26,428 nucleotides of DNA from an uncultured virus (IMG/VR IMGVR_UViG_3300036815_000199) (lineage: Duplodnaviria; Heunggongvirae; Uroviricota; Caudoviricetes): the IMG/VR virus record IMGVR_UViG_3300036815_000199, one strand, 5' to 3'. The notes beneath the pieces are model-generated. The model did no database searches. It was not told where the DNA came from and saw nothing but the letters and a program-made list of their open reading frames with translations. A program made the position numbers and the translations under genes. Numbering within the stretch: the stretch's first letter is position 1; each line of letters begins with the position of its first letter. This document shows positions 1-7,989 of the stretch, one piece after another.

Positions 1-2
1 AG

Positions 3-719
3 CTGATCGCGGCCGCGCCCGGCCAGCGGGCGCCGATCGGCATCACCGCCGGCTGGTTCAACTCCGGCGTGACCCGCTCGCGGATGTACGCGATGCAGTT
101 CGGCCGCCCGACCTTCTACGTGTTCGACGTGCCGCACCTGGCCGGCACCGACCTGACCGGCATGACCTACGACCAGCGCCGCGCCGTGCTCGAGGAAGTC
201 GTCGCGATCCTCGACGACCGGTGCCCGGAGGCGGGCATCGTGCTGGTCCCGCAGATCCCGGCGACCGCCGGGGCGATCACCGCGCAGATCAACGCCGGCG
301 GCGAGGGCGTCATGCTCAAGCGCCGGGCCGGCACCTACCAGCCCGCCGCCCGTCCCGGGCAGCGGTCCCGCGACTGGGCCAAGGTCAAGGCGATGGGCAC
401 CGTCGACGTGGTGCTGACCGGCGGCTGGACCCCCGGCGACAACAGCCGGACGGGCACCGTCGGGTCGGTCGAGATCGCGCTGATCGGCGACGACGGGTCG
501 TGGATCCCGGTGGGGCACTGCGCGGTCAAGCCGGAACTGCTCGGCGCCTACACCCCCGGCGAGATGCCCGGCCTGGCCGGCACCGTCTGGGAGGTCATGG
601 CCGCCGGCGTGACGACCGGCCGCAAGCTGCGCCACCCGCACATGATCCGGGTCCGCGACGACAAGCGGCCCGAGTGGTGCCCGGTCGGCCAGCTCGACGC
701 ACTGCCCGCCGCCGCCTAA
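3..719 (+). CDS. ATP-dependent DNA ligase (5'-truncated by window edge)
   Basis: Frame is open from the window start ((E)LI, probable motif III). Motifs FYVFDVP (IIIa), YDQRRAVLE, EGVMLKR (IV), SRDWAKVK (V), then an OB-fold ending LRHPHMIRVRDDK (VI). Confidence 0.92.
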   Translation: MIAAAPGQRAPIGITAGWFNSGVTRSRMYAMQFGRPTFYVFDVPHLAGTDLTGMTYDQRRAVLEEVVAILDDRCPEAGIVLVPQIPATAGAITAQINAGGEGVMLKRRAGTYQPAARPGQRSRDWAKVKAMGTVDVVLTGGWTPGDNSRTGTVGSVEIALIGDDGSWIPVGHCAVKPELLGAYTPGEMPGLAGTVWEVMAAGVTTGRKLRHPHMIRVRDDKRPEWCPVGQLDALPAAA

Positions 720-904
720 ACCGCTGACGGCACACCTCACCTTGGTCTGACGTCGCACCGGCCGGATCCGTCCGGCCCGTGCCCGGCGCGGTTCCTGCCC
801 GACACGCCCCGCTGTCCTCACGGCGCGCAGACGGGCCGGTGCGCGGCCCCGGTGGACTACCCGTGATCAAAGCGCCCTAGTCCCCGCGCCGGGCTGCCGT
901 CAGC

Positions 905-1735
905 CTACGCCGCCGCCTGGCCGGCCTCCCGCCGCTCGGCCAGGTCCCGGCCGACCGCGAGCGACACCGCCACCACGTCGGCGACGGTCCGCCACAGCGG
1001 CGGGAGCTGCCCGACGTTGAGCCACCGGACCCGCCCGGTGAACCGCCACCCCGCCGCGGTCAGCGCCGCGTCGAGGGTGGCGGCGTGCTCGGCGCCCCAC
1101 ACCGCCACCGCGTCACGGCCGGGGTCGATCGCGTCGACCGCCAGCTGGGACCGCTGCTGCAGCAGCACCGCGTAGAGGTCCGGCGACAGCCGGTCGGTCA
1201 GCCGGGCCATCCACCGGGAGTGCCGGCGGGCCAGCCGCCGGTAGATCACCGGCGCGACCGCCGCCATGTACCGGGCCTCGTTGGCGCCGAGCTGCGCCGA
1301 TGCCTGCGCGACCTGGGCGCCGACCGCCATGATCGGTTCGGTGCCGGCGATCCTGATCAGCTCCAGGTCGGTGAGGTCGGTGACCTTCCACGTGCTGCCG
1401 CCGATCGCCTCGGCCTGGAACACCCAGCCGAGCCCGGCCGCCATCGCGGCGGGCCGGTCGTGGTAGGCGACGCGCAGCACGGCGGCGGCGGCGCGCTCGG
1501 CGTCGGTGGCGGCCGCCCACTGCTCGTCGGGGGCCGCGGTGATCCCCTCCAGGTAGACGGCGGCGCCGCGGTCTTCCAGCTCGCTGATCCGGCGGCGCAT
1601 CAGGGCGAAGTAGCGGCGGCTGCCGATGTGGTTGTTCAGCACCAGGACCAGCGTCTGCCGGGTCTCGGCGTGCCGGTACCAGCGCACCGGCGTCGCCAGG
1701 GTCAGCCCGCGCAGCCGCATCACGCCGCTAGGCAC
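905..1735 (-). CDS. TraB/GumN/Tiki-superfamily-like hypothetical protein (putative metal-dependent hydrolase fold)
   Basis: NNHIG near N-terminus, VYLEGI and C-terminal VAVWGAEH match the H..E..GxxH pattern of this superfamily. Overlaps the MFS stop codon; alternative start at 1720. Confidence 0.55.
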   Translation of the reverse strand: MPSGVMRLRGLTLATPVRWYRHAETRQTLVLVLNNHIGSRRYFALMRRRISELEDRGAAVYLEGITAAPDEQWAAATDAERAAAAVLRVAYHDRPAAMAAGLGWVFQAEAIGGSTWKVTDLTDLELIRIAGTEPIMAVGAQVAQASAQLGANEARYMAAVAPVIYRRLARRHSRWMARLTDRLSPDLYAVLLQQRSQLAVDAIDPGRDAVAVWGAEHAATLDAALTAAGWRFTGRVRWLNVGQLPPLWRTVADVVAVSLAVGRDLAERREAGQAAA

Positions 1736-2999
1736 CGGACAGCCCTGCCTGCGCGGCGACCTTGGCGAGCTCCGCCCGGGCCAGCACCCGCCGCCACGCG
1801 ATGATCAGCGGGATCGCGCACGCGGTGCCGGCCGCGCCGGTCCCGGCGAGCACCAGCGACGGGCTGACGCGGGCCGCGACCGCCCCGGCGACGACGATGC
1901 CGAGCGCCTGGCCGAGGCTCATGACCGCGCCGATCACGCCGCCGGCCTTGCCCTGGTGCTCGTCGGGCACCGTGGCCATCATCGCGTCGACCGCCGCCGG
2001 GATGTACCCGGTGGCGAAGCCGGAGGCGGCCAGGATGACCGCGGCCCCGGCCAGGCCCGTCGGCAGCGCGAACAAGATCAGCACCGCGCACGCGGCGGCG
2101 GCGCACCAGGAGGCGACCGGGACGCCGCGGACCGGGCCGAGCAGCCGGGTGTAGGCCAGCGGCCCGATCGTCGCGCCGGCCGCCATCGCGCCGAGCAGCA
2201 GCCCGGCCGAGCCGGTGCCGCCGCCGAGCTGGCGACCCAGCGGCACGGTGATCCCCTCCGGGGCGTTGTAGAACGCCGCCAGGCACAGCAGGCCGAGGGC
2301 GGCCAGCGCGATCGGGCGGACGCCGATCACCGTGACCCCGTGGAAGATCCCCGGCCGGGTCAGCCGCGCGTCGCCGCTGCCCGTCGGCGCGGGCCGGCGC
2401 CGCACGGCCAGCCGCAGCAGCAGCGCCGAGGCGGCGAACGACGCGGCGTCGACGGCGAGCGCGGGCCGCACCCCGAGCAGTCCGGTGACCGCGCCGCCGG
2501 CGGCGTACCCGGCGGCGGCGGCGCCCTGGTAGGTCGCCATGGTCACGCCCTGCGCCAGCTGGAAGCGGCGGCCGCCGAGCACTTCGCGGTTGATCGCGAG
2601 CCGGGCGGACAGGTACGGCTCGATCGCCAGCCCGACCGCGAACAGCAGCGCGATGAGCACCGGCAGCGGCAGCCCGGGGATGATCATGACGCCGACCAGG
2701 CCGGCGCAGATCAGGTCGGCGGTGATCATCACCTGCCGGCGCGGCCACCGGTCGGCGGTCCAGCCGAGCAGCAGCCCGCCGGCGAACATCGCGCCGGCGG
2801 TCGCGGCGAACGTCACCGCGGCGAGCAGCGGCGAGCGGGTGCGGTCGTAGACGAGGACCGCCAGGGCGATGCGGGCGAACTGGTCGCCGGCGATGGAGAT
2901 CACCTGGGCGACCCACAGCGCCCGCCACTCCCCGACGCCGAACACCTCGCGGTACCTGACCCGGCCAGCCGCCTGCTCTTCGGCGGTCCCGGCGGTCAC
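1728..2999 (-). CDS. MFS transporter (DHA3/MefA-like efflux type)
   Basis: GTG at 2999 overlaps the P450 stop (GTGA). WRALWVAQVISIAGDQFARIAL N-terminus, motif A GWTADRWPRRQVM, about 12 hydrophobic helices. Confidence 0.93.
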   Translation of the reverse strand: MTAGTAEEQAAGRVRYREVFGVGEWRALWVAQVISIAGDQFARIALAVLVYDRTRSPLLAAVTFAATAGAMFAGGLLLGWTADRWPRRQVMITADLICAGLVGVMIIPGLPLPVLIALLFAVGLAIEPYLSARLAINREVLGGRRFQLAQGVTMATYQGAAAAGYAAGGAVTGLLGVRPALAVDAASFAASALLLRLAVRRRPAPTGSGDARLTRPGIFHGVTVIGVRPIALAALGLLCLAAFYNAPEGITVPLGRQLGGGTGSAGLLLGAMAAGATIGPLAYTRLLGPVRGVPVASWCAAAACAVLILFALPTGLAGAAVILAASGFATGYIPAAVDAMMATVPDEHQGKAGGVIGAVMSLGQALGIVVAGAVAARVSPSLVLAGTGAAGTACAIPLIIAWRRVLARAELAKVAAQAGLSGA

Positions 3000-4159
3000 G
3001 GCTGCCGCCCGAGGTAGGACATCCACGCGACGGCGACGTTGTTGAACATGGTCAGCGGCGCCCGCCCGAACGGCAGCTCCCGGTCCCAGCGCAGCCACGC
3101 CCACCGGTCGGTCGCCGCGTAGACCACGGTGCGGAGCTCCTGCAGGGCCAGCGGCTCGCCCAGGCAGCGGTGCGGCCCGAACGCGAACGCCGGGTGCTGG
3201 CCGGTGTTGGGGCGGCGCGGGTCGAGCAGGCCGGGGTCGGGGAACCTGGCCGGGTCGCGGCCGGCTGACCACAGCGACCCGGTGACCATCTGGCCGGCCG
3301 GGATCTCCACGCCGCCGAACGTGACGGGCCGGGTGGCCACCGCGCCGATCGTCGGGAACGGCGGGGCGAGCCGCAGGCACTCGGCGATCGCGCCGTCGCG
3401 CAGCCCGGGGTCGGCGCGCAGCTCGTCCCAGCCGCCCCACTCCGCCAGCAGCAGCAGGGTGCTGGCGATCGCCGCGTGCGTCGTGTGGGTCCCGGCGGCG
3501 ACCAGGCCCCACAGGTACCCGATGAGGTCAAGGTCGCTCAGCGGCTGACCGGCGACCTGGTAGCCGGCCGCCTGGGCGGCGATCAGCTCGTCGACGAGGC
3601 CGCCGGCCGGGCAGCGGCGGCGCTCGGCGAGCAGGTCGGCGAAGAACGCCGCCTTGTCGGTCTGCACGATGGTCTCGTGGACCGCGGCCGACCCGGCCGC
3701 GAACTCGGACAGCCACGCGCCGAACTGCTTGTTCGCCGCCAGGTCGAGACCCATGATCTGGCAGATCACCTGGCCGGGCAGCGGCGCCGCCAGCTCGGTG
3801 ACGACCTCGAACGGGCCGCCGTGCCGCTCGATGTCGTCCATCAGCTGGTCGGTCAGGGCGCGGATCCCGGGCGCCAGGCCGGCCAGCGCGGTGCGGCTGA
3901 ACGGGTCGCGGACCAGGCGCCGCAGGTCGTGGTGCCGCGGCCCGTCGGTGACCCACATTACGTTGTCGTTGGGTTCCGTCGAGGCGGGGTCGGCGAACCC
4001 CTGGGAGAAGCACGCGGCGTCGCGGGCGAGCCGGTCGACGTCGTCGTAGCTGAACACCTGCCAGCTGCGGCGGTCCGGGTCGTAGTACGGCGGGGTGCCG
4101 GCGTCGAGGGGCAGCCCTGGCGGGCCGAGCAGGCGCTGGTCGGGCATCACTGAGGTCAT
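2996..4159 (-). CDS. Cytochrome P450
   Basis: ATG at 4159 after GGAAGG. DGPRHHDLRRLV, I-helix AAGTHTT, ExxR (ECLR), heme ligand FAFGPHRCLG. Confidence 0.96.
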   Translation of the reverse strand: MTSVMPDQRLLGPPGLPLDAGTPPYYDPDRRSWQVFSYDDVDRLARDAACFSQGFADPASTEPNDNVMWVTDGPRHHDLRRLVRDPFSRTALAGLAPGIRALTDQLMDDIERHGGPFEVVTELAAPLPGQVICQIMGLDLAANKQFGAWLSEFAAGSAAVHETIVQTDKAAFFADLLAERRRCPAGGLVDELIAAQAAGYQVAGQPLSDLDLIGYLWGLVAAGTHTTHAAIASTLLLLAEWGGWDELRADPGLRDGAIAECLRLAPPFPTIGAVATRPVTFGGVEIPAGQMVTGSLWSAGRDPARFPDPGLLDPRRPNTGQHPAFAFGPHRCLGEPLALQELRTVVYAATDRWAWLRWDRELPFGRAPLTMFNNVAVAWMSYLGRQP

Positions 4160-4239
4160 GGCGTGTGCGCCGCCTTCCGGTAGGAGTCTGGGCAGCAGCA
4201 CTCTAACAGGCGGTAACCGGATAGCTCCGTTGCGCAACG

Positions 4240-4569
4240 TCATGATTCGTGAATCGCGAATCGAGAAGGGCCCGGCGGCGCTGCCGCGGGGCCCTCCATG
4301 CCGATAGCCAATCCTCCTTTCCCGGGCGATGCTAACGCGGCGTCGCCGGGATCGCGGGGCTCTTCGCGGCCGACACTCCGGCGCAGCGGGTGGTGCCGGC
4401 CGTACAGCCGGGTGACCCGCACGTCGCCGCCGTCGCCGGCGATCTTGCGTGCCTTGCGGCGGGCGGCCAGCCTGGTCGACGCCTTCACGCCGAACGTCAT
4501 GATCCGCGGCTGGCCGCCGGGCGGGCCGGGCCGGGTGATCCGCACCTGCCAGTGCCTCCCCCGGGGCAT
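4240..4569 (-). CDS. hypothetical basic protein (MPRGRHWQVRIT...)
   Basis: ATG at 4569 overlaps the upstream TGA (TGATG); high GC3 in the 5' half; 3' end less convincing. Confidence 0.55.
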   Translation of the reverse strand: MPRGRHWQVRITRPGPPGGQPRIMTFGVKASTRLAARRKARKIAGDGGDVRVTRLYGRHHPLRRSVGREEPRDPGDAALASPGKGGLAIGMEGPAAAPPGPSRFAIHES

Positions 4570-4682
4570 CAGTTGACCGCCCGGGCGATCTGCTCGTCGG
4601 TCGCCCAGGTCCGGCACCGGCACTGGCGCCGGCACATGGCGAACACGTAGGCGACCGGGGCCCGGCAGCGCAGGCAGAGCAT
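4569..4682 (-). CDS. 37-aa Cys-rich microprotein (MLCLRCRAPVAYVFAMCRRQCRCRTW...)
   Basis: TGATG overlaps at both ends; CxxC and CxC pairs suggest a Zn ribbon. Confidence 0.6.
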   Translation of the reverse strand: MLCLRCRAPVAYVFAMCRRQCRCRTWATDEQIARAVN

Positions 4683-4813
4683 CAGCGTGACCACCACCAG
4701 CGGGCGACCTCGTAGCTGACCGACGCGATCAGCCCGGCCACCCCGGCGACGGCGACCGCGCCCGGGTGCGCGTAGGACTGGGCGACGATCCAGTTGGCGA
4801 CCTGATCCAGCAT
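4682..4813 (-). CDS. 43-aa single-TM microprotein (MLDQVANWIVAQSYAHPGAVAVAGVAGLIASVSYEVARWWWSR)
   Basis: Translated by hand, absent from the ORF track. AGGGAG RBS, high GC3, stop overlaps the next ATG. Confidence 0.65.
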   Translation of the reverse strand: MLDQVANWIVAQSYAHPGAVAVAGVAGLIASVSYEVARWWWSR

Positions 4814-4883
4814 GACAGCTCCCTGACCTGGCGGTTAGCGGGCGGGGTTCTAGTTTTGCGACCCGGTTTGAGGCGGCCGCCAT

Positions 4884-4907
4884 TTGTAATATTTGTAATT
4901 CTTGTAA
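4884..4907. repeat. three TTGTAA direct repeats at 9-bp period in an AT-rich patch
   Basis: TTGTAA at 4884, 4893 and 4902, in the intergenic gap. Confidence 0.85.
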
Positions 4908-4914
4908 CTACGTT

Positions 4915-5217
4915 TCAGATATTCGGCGGGGTGCCGTGCGCGGCGATCTGCGCGGCGACCATCTTGCGGCTTGCGGTCATCGCGGCCTGCAGCCGGGCCT
5001 CGGCGCGGGCGCCGCTGAACTGGCTGGTGACGCGGGTCGACCGGTCGACGCCGCCGGCGGCGGTCAGCAGGTACTGGACGACGTAGAACTCCGGCCGGGT
5101 GTGGCCCTCGCGGACGTGCCGGTAGACGCGCAGGCGGAAGATCCGGCCGTCGTCGGCGTAGCAGGTCAGCGTCTCGACGTCGGTGGTGCGGCGGCGGGGG
5201 ATCCGGTGGTTGGCCAT
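4915..5217 (-). CDS. hypothetical protein
   Basis: High-GC3 ORF starting immediately after the upstream gene's stop. Confidence 0.7.
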   Translation of the reverse strand: MANHRIPRRRTTDVETLTCYADDGRIFRLRVYRHVREGHTRPEFYVVQYLLTAAGGVDRSTRVTSQFSGARAEARLQAAMTASRKMVAAQIAAHGTPPNI

Positions 5218-5218
5218 G

Positions 5219-5632
5219 TCAGGCGCCGCCCTCGCAGGACCGGCAGAGCCGGTCGTAGCCGCTCATCCGCGCGTCCTCGTCGCAGACCGGGCGGCCGCAG
5301 GTGACGCACAGGCCGTCGGCCGTACCGCTGCACAGGTGGCACGACTCGGCCGCGGGCAGCGGGTGGTGCAGGGCGTCGGCGGACGTGCCGCAGAAGTACC
5401 GGAGGCGGCCGTCGGCGCCGACCGCGCGGGGGTGGGCGGCTTCCTCGCGGGCGCCGGGGACCAGCGGCAGCCCGCAGTCGGCGCACCTGCCCAGGGACGT
5501 GTTGAGCAGGCCGCACTCGGCGGCCGCCTCGTCATACGGCAGGTTGGTGACGGAGGTCCAGCGCCAGTTGGCGGCGTCCCACACGCCGTAGGTCAGCAGG
5601 CCGTAGGTGCGGACCTCGTAGCGGGCGCTCAC
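5219..5632 (-). CDS. Cys-rich Zn-finger protein (B-box-like C-terminus)
   Basis: CADC, CHLC, CVTC-x4-C, CRSC; GTGA overlap with the upstream gene. Confidence 0.75.
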   Translation of the reverse strand: MSARYEVRTYGLLTYGVWDAANWRWTSVTNLPYDEAAAECGLLNTSLGRCADCGLPLVPGAREEAAHPRAVGADGRLRYFCGTSADALHHPLPAAESCHLCSGTADGLCVTCGRPVCDEDARMSGYDRLCRSCEGGA

Positions 5633-5826
5633 CGGTCGCGCCGGTGGGCCAGGACGGCGGACAGGTTGTTAACCGGGAAGTCGCCGGCGTCGGTGCGGAC
5701 GGCGACCAGGCGGCCGCCTTCGTCCTTGCCGTAGCTGCGCACCTGCTGGCCGTCGGCGAGCTGCTGCCCGCCGCTCGCGGCGATCCAGGTGACTGCCCAC
5801 GCGGTGTCGGTGGTGTCGGTGGCCAT
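5629..5826 (-). CDS. hypothetical protein
   Basis: Preceded by CTGAAGGAGAGACCCG RBS and promoter motif copy 1. Confidence 0.8.
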   Translation of the reverse strand: MATDTTDTAWAVTWIAASGGQQLADGQQVRSYGKDEGGRLVAVRTDAGDFPVNNLSAVLAHRRDR

Positions 5827-5845
5827 CGGGTCTCTCCTTCAGTAA

Positions 5846-5872
5846 CCGTGATACGTATATATACACGGTACC
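5846..5872 (-). promoter_or_regulatory. conserved promoter motif, copy 1
   Basis: GG-TACCGT-GTATAT-ATACGTATCACGG; TANNNT -10 element. Confidence 0.7.
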
Positions 5873-5918
5873 ATACGGGGGCCGCCGTGGCGCCCCGTCG
5901 CCAGCGTCACCGGCCGGG

Positions 5919-5945
5919 GGTACCGTCGATATATCAGCATCACGA
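5919..5945 (+). promoter_or_regulatory. conserved promoter motif, copy 2 (divergent from copy 1)
   Basis: GG-TACCGT-CGATAT-ATCAGCATCACGA followed by CCTGAAGGAGAGAC. Confidence 0.7.
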
Positions 5946-5963
5946 CCTGAAGGAGAGACACCC

Positions 5964-6461
5964 ATGGCCCACGACCCGCACGCCGCCGGCGCCAACCAGC
6001 TCGGCCGCGACCTGGAAGCCACCGCCAACTCGCCGGCCTGGATCCGCGGCGGCCACCCAGACGCACGCGACTACACCGTCGACTGGCGCATCGACGTCGC
6101 CGCCGTCACCCCCGAGGACGCCGCCCGCGCCGCCCTGGCCGCCCAGCGGCGCCGCGGATCGACCGCCGGCGTGTTCGACGTCACCGACGGCTCCAGCCGG
6201 TGGCGCGTCGACCTGACCCACGGCATCACAGCGCCGCTGGCGGCCGGGCCGCCGGAGCCCGGCGGGCTACTGCACGTGTTCACGCTGCGCGTCCCCGCCG
6301 AGGCGGTGACCGGCAGCCCGCCGGGATGGGGGACGGCGCTGATCGGCCAGATCCGCCGGCTGATGGCCGACGCCGGGATCGGCGACTACGAGCTGGCGCT
6401 GTCGACCATCGGGCGGGGCACCGTCGAGTTCGGCGGGTTCGAGGACGCCGAGGACGTGTGA
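5964..6461 (+). CDS. hypothetical protein (phage/plasmid-type)
   Basis: Strong RBS; YTVDWRIDV..TPEDAA...QR...STAGVFDV segment resembles a recurrent mobile-element hypothetical family (from recall). Confidence 0.8.
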   Translation: MAHDPHAAGANQLGRDLEATANSPAWIRGGHPDARDYTVDWRIDVAAVTPEDAARAALAAQRRRGSTAGVFDVTDGSSRWRVDLTHGITAPLAAGPPEPGGLLHVFTLRVPAEAVTGSPPGWGTALIGQIRRLMADAGIGDYELALSTIGRGTVEFGGFEDAEDV

Positions 6462-6514
6462 CCGGCGTCCTACGGAAACCGGCCGGCGGGCGGCACCCCC
6501 GGCCGCCCCCGGCT

Positions 6515-6541
6515 GGTACTATGTATATATGAGCAACACGA
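6515..6541 (+). promoter_or_regulatory. conserved promoter motif, copy 3 (leaderless start)
   Basis: GG-TACTAT-GTATAT-ATGAGCAACACGA; ATG lies 6 nt after the -10. Confidence 0.8.
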
Positions 6542-6720
6542 CAGCCAGTCACTCGGCCGCCTGCGACGGCACCGCCCGCCCGTGGGTCTACGGCACCTGC
6601 GGCTACGGGTCGCTGCGCACCGTCGCCGGCACCCTGACCGCCTGCTGCCGCGTTGCCGCGTGCGACGCCGCCGAGGCGATCGACCCCGCCATGACCGCCA
6701 TCTGCCAGGCTGCCGCCTGA
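6529..6720 (+). CDS. small Cys-rich protein, probably leaderless; paralog of 9623-9895
   Basis: MSNTTA..CDGT..W..GT..RTVAGTLTACC. Confidence 0.75.
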   Translation: MSNTTASHSAACDGTARPWVYGTCGYGSLRTVAGTLTACCRVAACDAAEAIDPAMTAICQAAA

Positions 6721-6742
6721 CCACCTGAAGGAGAGAGACACC

Positions 6743-7282
6743 ATGACCAACGACGTGACGGTCGAGAGCATCCCGCTCGACGACCTGTACGCCCGCTACA
6801 CCCGCAACGAGCAGGCGATCCGCGCCGTCCACGACGTCGTGACCCTGATGAACGACAAGACCCCCGGCAAGCTGTACACCGTGGTCAAGACCAACCCGAC
6901 CACGCTGATCCTCGCGCCCGCCGACGGCGGCCTGCAGGTCAAGGCGTCCCGGTGCCTGGTCGAGGACGCGCCCGCCGGATCGGCCGCCAAGATCGCCGAC
7001 TCCTACGCCGCCGCCCTGCCGCACCAGCCGGTCGGCGCGCTGGTCCGCGTCAAGTACCAGACCGCCGCCGGGATCAACCCCGGCGAGGTCGCCGTCGTGA
7101 TCGTCGACAAGGGTGACATCGTGCACGTCGCCAAGATCGGCGGCGTCAGCACCCCGAAGGGCGACGCCTACGCCCGGCTGCCGCGCCGCCTGCTCGAGGC
7201 CGTCAAGCCGGCCGACGTGCTGGTGCCCGCCGAGGTCAAGCCGGTCGCCACCGCCCGCCCGTCACGCCGCCGGAGGTCATGA
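6743..7282 (+). CDS. hypothetical protein, possibly tandem SH3/KOW-like beta-barrels
   Basis: CCACCTGAAGGAGAGAGACACC RBS; PGKLYTVVKTN and VGALVRV..GEVAVV beta-rich segments. Confidence 0.8.
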   Translation: MTNDVTVESIPLDDLYARYTRNEQAIRAVHDVVTLMNDKTPGKLYTVVKTNPTTLILAPADGGLQVKASRCLVEDAPAGSAAKIADSYAAALPHQPVGALVRVKYQTAAGINPGEVAVVIVDKGDIVHVAKIGGVSTPKGDAYARLPRRLLEAVKPADVLVPAEVKPVATARPSRRRRS

Positions 7283-7989
7283 TGCAGTACCGGTTCACGT
7301 GCGCCCAGCACAACGTGGTGCTGGGCGGCTGCCCCGAGTTCTACCCCGCCGCCGAGGACGCGGCCGGGGTCGCCGAGTGGGTCATCGACCTGTCCGACAT
7401 GTCGTGCAGCGCCGACGACGCCTCCGACAACGGCTCCGGCTGCGCCGCCACCTGGCAGATCACCGCCGCCGGGGTCAGCCTCGCCGCGTTCACCCCCGCC
7501 GAGGTCGCCGGGCTGTCCGACGCGCTCGCCGTCGCCGAGAACGTCGACGAGCACCTGACCCGCGACCAGCTCGCCGCGGCCGCCAAGCTCGACGCGGCGT
7601 TCGCGGCGGTCCCCGAGCCGCCCGCCGACCGCTACCCGGCGCCCGACCCCGCCGCGACCGGCTGGGAGACCGCCTACCCCGAGCTGTCCGACGAGACGGC
7701 GTGCCTGGTCATGCAGGAGATCCTGGTCGACACCGAGTTCCTGTACCTGACGGCGGTCGACCCGCCGTCCGGCGAGCGCGGCGAGGTCACCCTCGTCGAC
7801 GCGGTCACCACGTTCGCGGGCAACTGCTGGGACGACCAGCACGACGGCGGCGCCCACCGGCAGAACCTGATCGACGCCAACCGGCTGCTGATCTGGCTGG
7901 GCCGCCCCGACCTGGCCGACGACTACAACGACGTGCACAGCCTGGTCGGCGACGACGTGCCCGAGCCCGAGCGGTGGGCGAGCACGTGA
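7279..7989 (+). CDS. acidic hypothetical protein
   Basis: GGAGG RBS, ATGA overlap, high GC3. Confidence 0.8.
   Translation: MMQYRFTCAQHNVVLGGCPEFYPAAEDAAGVAEWVIDLSDMSCSADDASDNGSGCAATWQITAAGVSLAAFTPAEVAGLSDALAVAENVDEHLTRDQLAAAAKLDAAFAAVPEPPADRYPAPDPAATGWETAYPELSDETACLVMQEILVDTEFLYLTAVDPPSGERGEVTLVDAVTTFAGNCWDDQHDGGAHRQNLIDANRLLIWLGRPDLADDYNDVHSLVGDDVPEPERWAST

Noticed and set aside
1626..3017. Long antisense/alternate-frame ORFs (also 9548-11110, 14484-15938, 17719-19146, 21522-22850)
   Set aside because: Shadow ORFs typical of high-GC DNA, opposite well-supported genes.
3000..3512. N-terminal extension of the MFS ORF (track 1728-3512)
   Set aside because: Overlaps the P450 in another frame; GTG at 2999 gives a normal MFS start.
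4160..4330. RiPP precursor (biarylitide-type MxYxH or other aromatic-rich peptide) upstream of the P450
   Set aside because: No such short ORF found on the minus strand by eye.
6474..6480. Additional hammerheads at other GAAAC sites (6474, 8702, 10412, 16938, 22928)
   Set aside because: No matching stem III/UH and CUGANGA core nearby.
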